Source: Prorocentrum cordatum | Lineage: Eukaryota | Reading direction: 5' to 3' | Length of the DNA: 54,052 bases | Assembly (NCBI GenBank): GCA_963575745.1 | Contig: CAUYUJ010000269.1 | Span: 62,001-116,052, forward strand | Part shown: in pieces, positions 48,921-54,052 of the stretch | Numbering within the stretch: position 1 is the first letter of the stretch | Layout of the letters: each line of letters begins with the position of its first letter | Translations under genes and position numbers: made by a program | Notes under the pieces: generated by a model | The model's database searches: none | What the model saw: the letters and a program-made list of their open reading frames with translations, nothing else | What the model was told of the DNA's origin: nothing

Positions 48921-48964
48921 TAGTATGGACATGAGTAATGGTAATCGACATAGTGATTGAGGTG

Positions 48965-49038
48965 TAGCACTAGTAGTAGTGTCAGCAGTATTAGTAGAAG
49001 CAGTACCCCAAAAAAATGTAGTGGATGCACTAGCACTG

Positions 49039-49070
<32 letters not shown>

Positions 49071-49083
49071 CGTAGTCGTAGTC

Positions 49084-49117
<34 letters not shown>

Positions 49118-49574
49118 CAGTAGCAGTAGTATTAGTAGTACTAATGCATTCGTAATAGTAGCAGCAGAAGCAGCAGTAGCTGTACAAGCAGTAATACTAG
49201 TAATAGTTGTAGTCGTCGTAGTAATAGTAGAAGCGGTATTCGCAATAGTAGTAGTAGTAGTAGAACTACAAGTATCAGTATCAGTCGTGATAGTAGTAGT
49301 CGTTGCAATAGTACTAGTGGCAGTGGGAGTAGTATTAGTAGTGGAACTAGTCGTAGTAGTAGTATCAGTAGTAGTAGTCGTAGTCGTAGCAGTAATAGTA
49401 GTGGCCGTGGTGGTAGTAGTAGTAAGACTAATATAATTGTTGTTTTTGCAAAAGTAAATGTAGAAATGCTAACAGTGGCAGTGGTAGCGGTGGCAGTGGT
49501 GATGGTAATGGTGGCAGTGGTGGTACCATTTGTAAAAATAGTAACACTAGTAGTAGTAGTAGTAGTAGTAGTAC

Positions 49575-49607
<33 letters not shown>

Positions 49608-49675
49608 AATTAGTAGTAGTAGTAGAAGTAGAAGTAGTAGAAGTAGTAGTAGTAGTGGCGGTCGCATTCGTAGTG

Positions 49676-49720
<45 letters not shown>

Positions 49721-49748
49721 CTAGTAGTATTAGTACTAGTACTAGTAC

Positions 49749-49793
<45 letters not shown>

Positions 49794-50047
49794 TAGTAGT
49801 AGTAGTAATCGTAGTAATAGTAGAAGTAGTAGTCGTCGTCGTCGTAGTCGTTGTCGTAATCGTATCAGTAATAGTAGTAGCCGTGATGGTAGTAGTAGTA
49901 AGAACAAGAATGGTTGTTGCTGTTGTAAACCAGAGTGTAGTAGCAATAACATTGGCAGTGGTGGTAGTACTAGTGGTAATGGTAGCACTGGTGCAAGTAT
50001 TGACGAAAAACAAATAGCAGCAGTAGTAGTAGTAGTAGTAGCAGCAG

Positions 50048-50138
<91 letters not shown>

Positions 50139-50157
50139 CGTAGTCGCAGTCGTAGTC

Positions 50158-50203
<46 letters not shown>

Positions 50204-50208
50204 CAGTG
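48965..50208 (+). repeat. (TAG)n compound microsatellite
   Basis: About 1.2 kb of degenerate GTA/TAG triplets. Confidence 0.95.
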
Positions 50209-50880
50209 GTACAAATTATAAAAATGAAGAGGATGACGGGGGGGGACGATGAGGAGGATCGGGAGGGGGAAGAGCACACACGCACACACGCACATACGCA
50301 CACGCGCACACACGCACACACACACACACACGCAACCCCCCATGGGGTTGCGTTGTGTTGTGTTGTGTTGTTCGCCCCCCCCCCCTCCTCTCTCCCCCCC
50401 GGGGGGGCCTGCCCCGCCTGTATCAACAACAACAACAACACCAACACCAACACCAACACCACCAACAACAACAACAACTACGCAACAAGCAGAATTCTCA
50501 CCACGAGTCCCTTATTCAGCCACGCACCCAGGAACAACGAATGACCATTCGGCCCCCTCGCTCGGACGAATCGGAACTCTCTGATAATCGGTGGGCGTGG
50601 AGGATGTATCGGGAGCCGCGGCCGTTTCAGAGCGTTCCCGAACACTCGTGCTGGAACGCTCTGGAACGGATTGATCTCAATCCTAGGCCCGTCCGACGTA
50701 TCCACGGAATCACGCCCCGGAATTCAGACCGCGAGGGCGCGGACGGTGCACAGGCTCGCGGCTCGCAGGGTCGAGAGCCCCGCGGGCCCGCGCCGGGAGT
50801 GGGCCACGCGGCGTCGTAAGCCTGCGGGGCGCGAGCGTCGATTACGCCGCCGACGCCGCCGCCGACGACGACGACGACAA

Positions 50881-50914
<34 letters not shown>

Positions 50915-51151
50915 GCCGACGGCGACGGCGACGCCGACGACGACGACGACGCCGATGCCGACGCCGACGCCGACGACGACGCTGACGCTGTGGCCATCCA
51001 GGCCCTAGGATGGTCGAGCGCGAGTGCCTCGCGGGCTTCGCACGCAGGGGCCTCTCGCCCAGCCCCAGGCACCCTGCGCTCCCGCCGGGGATCCTTCGCT
51101 GCGGCCGCACGGTCTCGGCCCTGCCCCCGCACGAGTGGGGACGCGCATCAA

Positions 51152-51342
51152 TCGGGAGCGGCCAAGAGGGGGGTGACCAAGAGGGGGGGGTGCAAATCAT
51201 GACCGGCGGCATGTGCGCGGCCCAGCGGGGGGCCAGGGACGTAATGAAGTAAGAAGAGGCGCCATGAGATCTGGGGAAATATCATGGCCTCCGCCATGAT
51301 ATCCACCCCCCTAGTCATCACCCCCCTCTTTTCCGCCCCCGA
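51152..51342. mobile_element. TCGG-type MITE
   Basis: Imperfect TIRs TCGGGAGCGG..AAGAGGGGGGTGA / TCACCCCCCTCTTTTCCGCCCCCGA; perfect 5-bp TSD ATCAA. Confidence 0.8.
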
Positions 51343-51459
51343 ATCAAGAGAACAGGTGCTTTGCGTCAGGGCACCCCGGGTTTGTTCCCTCCGCGCGCTG
51401 CGCGGTGACTCCCCGCGGCCGTTGAGGAAACTACTGCGCTAAGGGTGCTCTGGGGCTTC

Positions 51460-51559
51460 NNNNNNNNNNNNNNNNNNNNNNNNNNNNNNNNNNNNNNNNN
51501 NNNNNNNNNNNNNNNNNNNNNNNNNNNNNNNNNNNNNNNNNNNNNNNNNNNNNNNNNNN
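51460..51559. other. Assembly gap (100 N)
   Basis: Run of N. Confidence 1.
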
Positions 51560-51768
51560 AGAAGGAGGAGGAGGAGGAGTGGGCGAGGGGGGGCAGCAGT
51601 GGGGGGCAAACAAATTTTCCTCGCTTTTGACCACCCTCGCTTCCAAGAGGTACCAAGCGATGCCAAACTACGGCCTGTGCTGGTCAGGCCGCTTGACGAG
51701 GAGGCGGGTGGTATGACTCGGTTTTGCCTGGAAGCGAAATCGGGGTAGGTAATTCACGCTCTGAGTCA

Positions 51769-51921
51769 GGTCGGGCATGTCCTGCTACAGGCGGATTCTG
51801 GAAGAACATGGAAGAATAATGTGAAAATGCCCCCAAAGAGTCAAAACGGCACGAAACATGGTCCTCAGACTATTTTTCGACTACTCTTGAATATTCCTCC
51901 TGTAGCGGGACATGCCCGACT
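51769..51921. mobile_element. RGTCGGGC-family MITE (possibly Tourist/PIF-Harbinger-like)
   Basis: TIRs GTCGGGCATGTCC..CTACAGG / CCTGTAG..GGACATGCCCGAC; flanks TCA / TGA. Confidence 0.8.
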
Positions 51922-52981
51922 TGACGTCGACGTTGGGGAGCACGAGGCGGGGTGGGGGGGCGTCGACGAGCGGGGGCACGAGGCTTCGGTGGCAACTCAT
52001 GTGAGCGTCCCGCATCTTGTAGCTCTTGCGAATCGACGCTAAACCGACGCTAAATCGACGCTAATCGACGCTCCGCGACGCTAAATCAGCGCTCTCATCG
52101 GACGCTGATCGACGCTAAAGACGGTATTGAGAGGGTATGCCAGGCTCCCATGGTTTGCTACCGAGCGAGGCGGGGGGAAGGGCGGATGACGAAACAACAA
52201 CACACACACATTCACACAGTCACACACATATTCACACACACACACGCGCACAAACACACACACACACACACACACATTCACATTCGCATTCACATTCACA
52301 TTCACATTCACATTCACATTCACATTCACATTCACACACACACACCTACCTGTGATCCTGGCGACTCAATGTTTTCAAGTCGGGCGTTGTCGCTTCATTT
52401 CGGGAACACGGAATACTCACAGTTCGCTCCAGCTCGAAAAATGGCACAGCAAGATGGGGTCCGGGGCTCCAGTCGTGGTTTTTTGCGATGTTGCAGTTGT
52501 TCTGCAACGTCGGATCTCAGGGACACCCAGACTCGTAGGGGGGGCAGAGGGAGGAGGACTGGCTGTGGGTATGGGTATGCATGCGGGTTGTCGGACCTCG
52601 AGGGTGGCTTCCGTTCGAGCGGGCACCCCCATCCGACAACACGCGGCCATAGCCCTTTCTGTCCCCCCTGGTGGGTATGGGTGCGTGTTGTTCGCTCGTC
52701 AGGCGGAGGGCGGAGGAGCTGGAGGGGGTGCGGGGGGCGATGCTGCCCATGCGGTCGAGAGCATGAGCTAGGAATATTTCCCGTCAACAGTCCGGGACAA
52801 CTTCCCGGAAGTTTCCGAAAACAGACCTGGACGAACTGCGGCTCCTGACGCCGGAGGGGCGAACGTGCTACATGAACCGAGCTGGGCTTCTGGCACGCCG
52901 ACTCTGAGACGCTGGCCCAGCTCTGGGGGGGGAGGCTTCGGAATCGGACGCGCGACCGCGACGAAGGGGCTGCCAAGGTTA

Positions 52982-53206
52982 AGTCGGGCCTGTCCCCCTA
53001 CAGGGGGATTTTGGACAAAAAACTACAAGTACTCACAATTGTTTCAAAATTTGTATCCGAAATCCCCCTGTAGGGGGATGTTGGATACAAATTTTAAAAA
53101 TACTCAGAAAATACTCCCAAAAGGCTCAAAAATAGTCAGAACATAGTTCCCAGACTATGTCTTGACCATTTTTGAATACCCCTCCTGTAGAGGGACAGGC
53201 CCGACT
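52982..53206. mobile_element. RGTCGGGC-family MITE; a further left end starts at 53329
   Basis: AGTCGGGCCTGTCCC.CTACAGG ... CCTGTAGAGGGACAGGCCCGACT; preceded by TTA. Confidence 0.8.
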
Positions 53207-53509
53207 GAATGCCAAGGCCGAGCAGCGAGAAGGGCAGCGAGGCCTCGCTCCGCCCGGGCACTCGCCGCGAACCGAGGCAGACAGCCTCCAGGGCCTCGCA
53301 CCGGAGGGGGCCCACTGTTGCAAGGGTAAGTCGGGCGTGCCCCCCTACAGGGGGATTTGAGACGAAACATAAAAAATACCCTATACCCCAAAGATACCCC
53401 AAAATACTCAAAAAATAATCCCCAAGAATACCCATACTCCAAAAATACCCAATACTCCAAAGATACCCCAAAATACAATAAATAGATGCCAGCCAAAAAA
53501 TATACAAAA

Positions 53510-54052
53510 TTAGCCTGGCGAAGGACCCAACCATATGCAGTTGTGAGTAATGCTGGTGTGAGTACCGTCTTCAGTGGATATCCCTATGGGGCCACGAACC
53601 GTTTGAGGGGTGTGCCGAAATGGGTGTGGGGGCGGCATGCGAACGTTGCCACTGGGGCCTTCGGTGGAGCTCCTTATGGGGCCACGAAACGTGTGAGGGG
53701 TGCACCGAAGTTGGTGTGGGGGCGGCATGCGAACGCAGCCACTGGGGCCTTCGGTGGAGCTCCCTGTGGGGCCACGCAACGTGTGAGGGGTGCACCGAAG
53801 TTGGTGTGGGGGCGGCATGCGAACGCAGCCACTGGGGCCTTCGGTGGAGCTCCCTATGGTGCCACCAAACGTGTGAGGGGTGTGCCGAAATGGGTGTGGG
53901 GGCGCATGCGAACCCAGTCACTGGGGCCGTCAGTTGAAACCCCCATGGGGCCACGAAACGTGTGAGGGATGTGCCGACATGGGTGTGGGGGAGGCATACG
54001 AACCAGGCCACTGGGGCCTTCGGTGGAGCTCCCTAGGGGGCCACGAAACGTG
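53510..54052 (+). repeat. Third copy of the 89-bp-array element, running off the window end
   Basis: Head GCCTGGCGAAGGACCCAACCATATGCAGTTG followed by GGGGCCACGAAACGTGTGAGGGG units. Confidence 0.85.

Noticed and set aside
49141..50477. Mucin-like Thr-rich or poly-Val/Leu membrane protein ORFs
   Set aside because: Artefacts of the (TAG)n microsatellite.

Overview
GC-rich eukaryotic, intron- and repeat-dominated DNA with one 100-N gap (51460-51559). Non-canonical GC-AG and GA-AG splice junctions, identical repeats at intron boundaries and a short TTTAGGG run point to a dinoflagellate, for example Prorocentrum-like; this is inference. Nearly all long ORFs in the supplied track are microsatellite artefacts. 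The best-supported gene is on the minus strand and encodes a MYND zinc-finger protein, with the domain split over three small exons (14605-14546, 14032-13976, 6332-6231) and probably continuing past the left edge. A second, tentative minus-strand multi-exon gene of unknown function lies at about 46.4-36.0 kb. The rest consists of microsatellites, satellites (one with a 6-monomer higher-order repeat), decayed retroelement-like fragments and many small non-autonomous DNA transposons. The most notable pattern is seven MITE-like insertions from several families, all with TCGG...CCGA-type termini and 5-bp target-site duplications (TSDs); one is nested inside its own relative. A separate TTGTGGA...TCCACAA element has perfect 8-bp TSDs in both copies. 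No rRNA, tRNA, CRISPR array or intact transposase was recognised.
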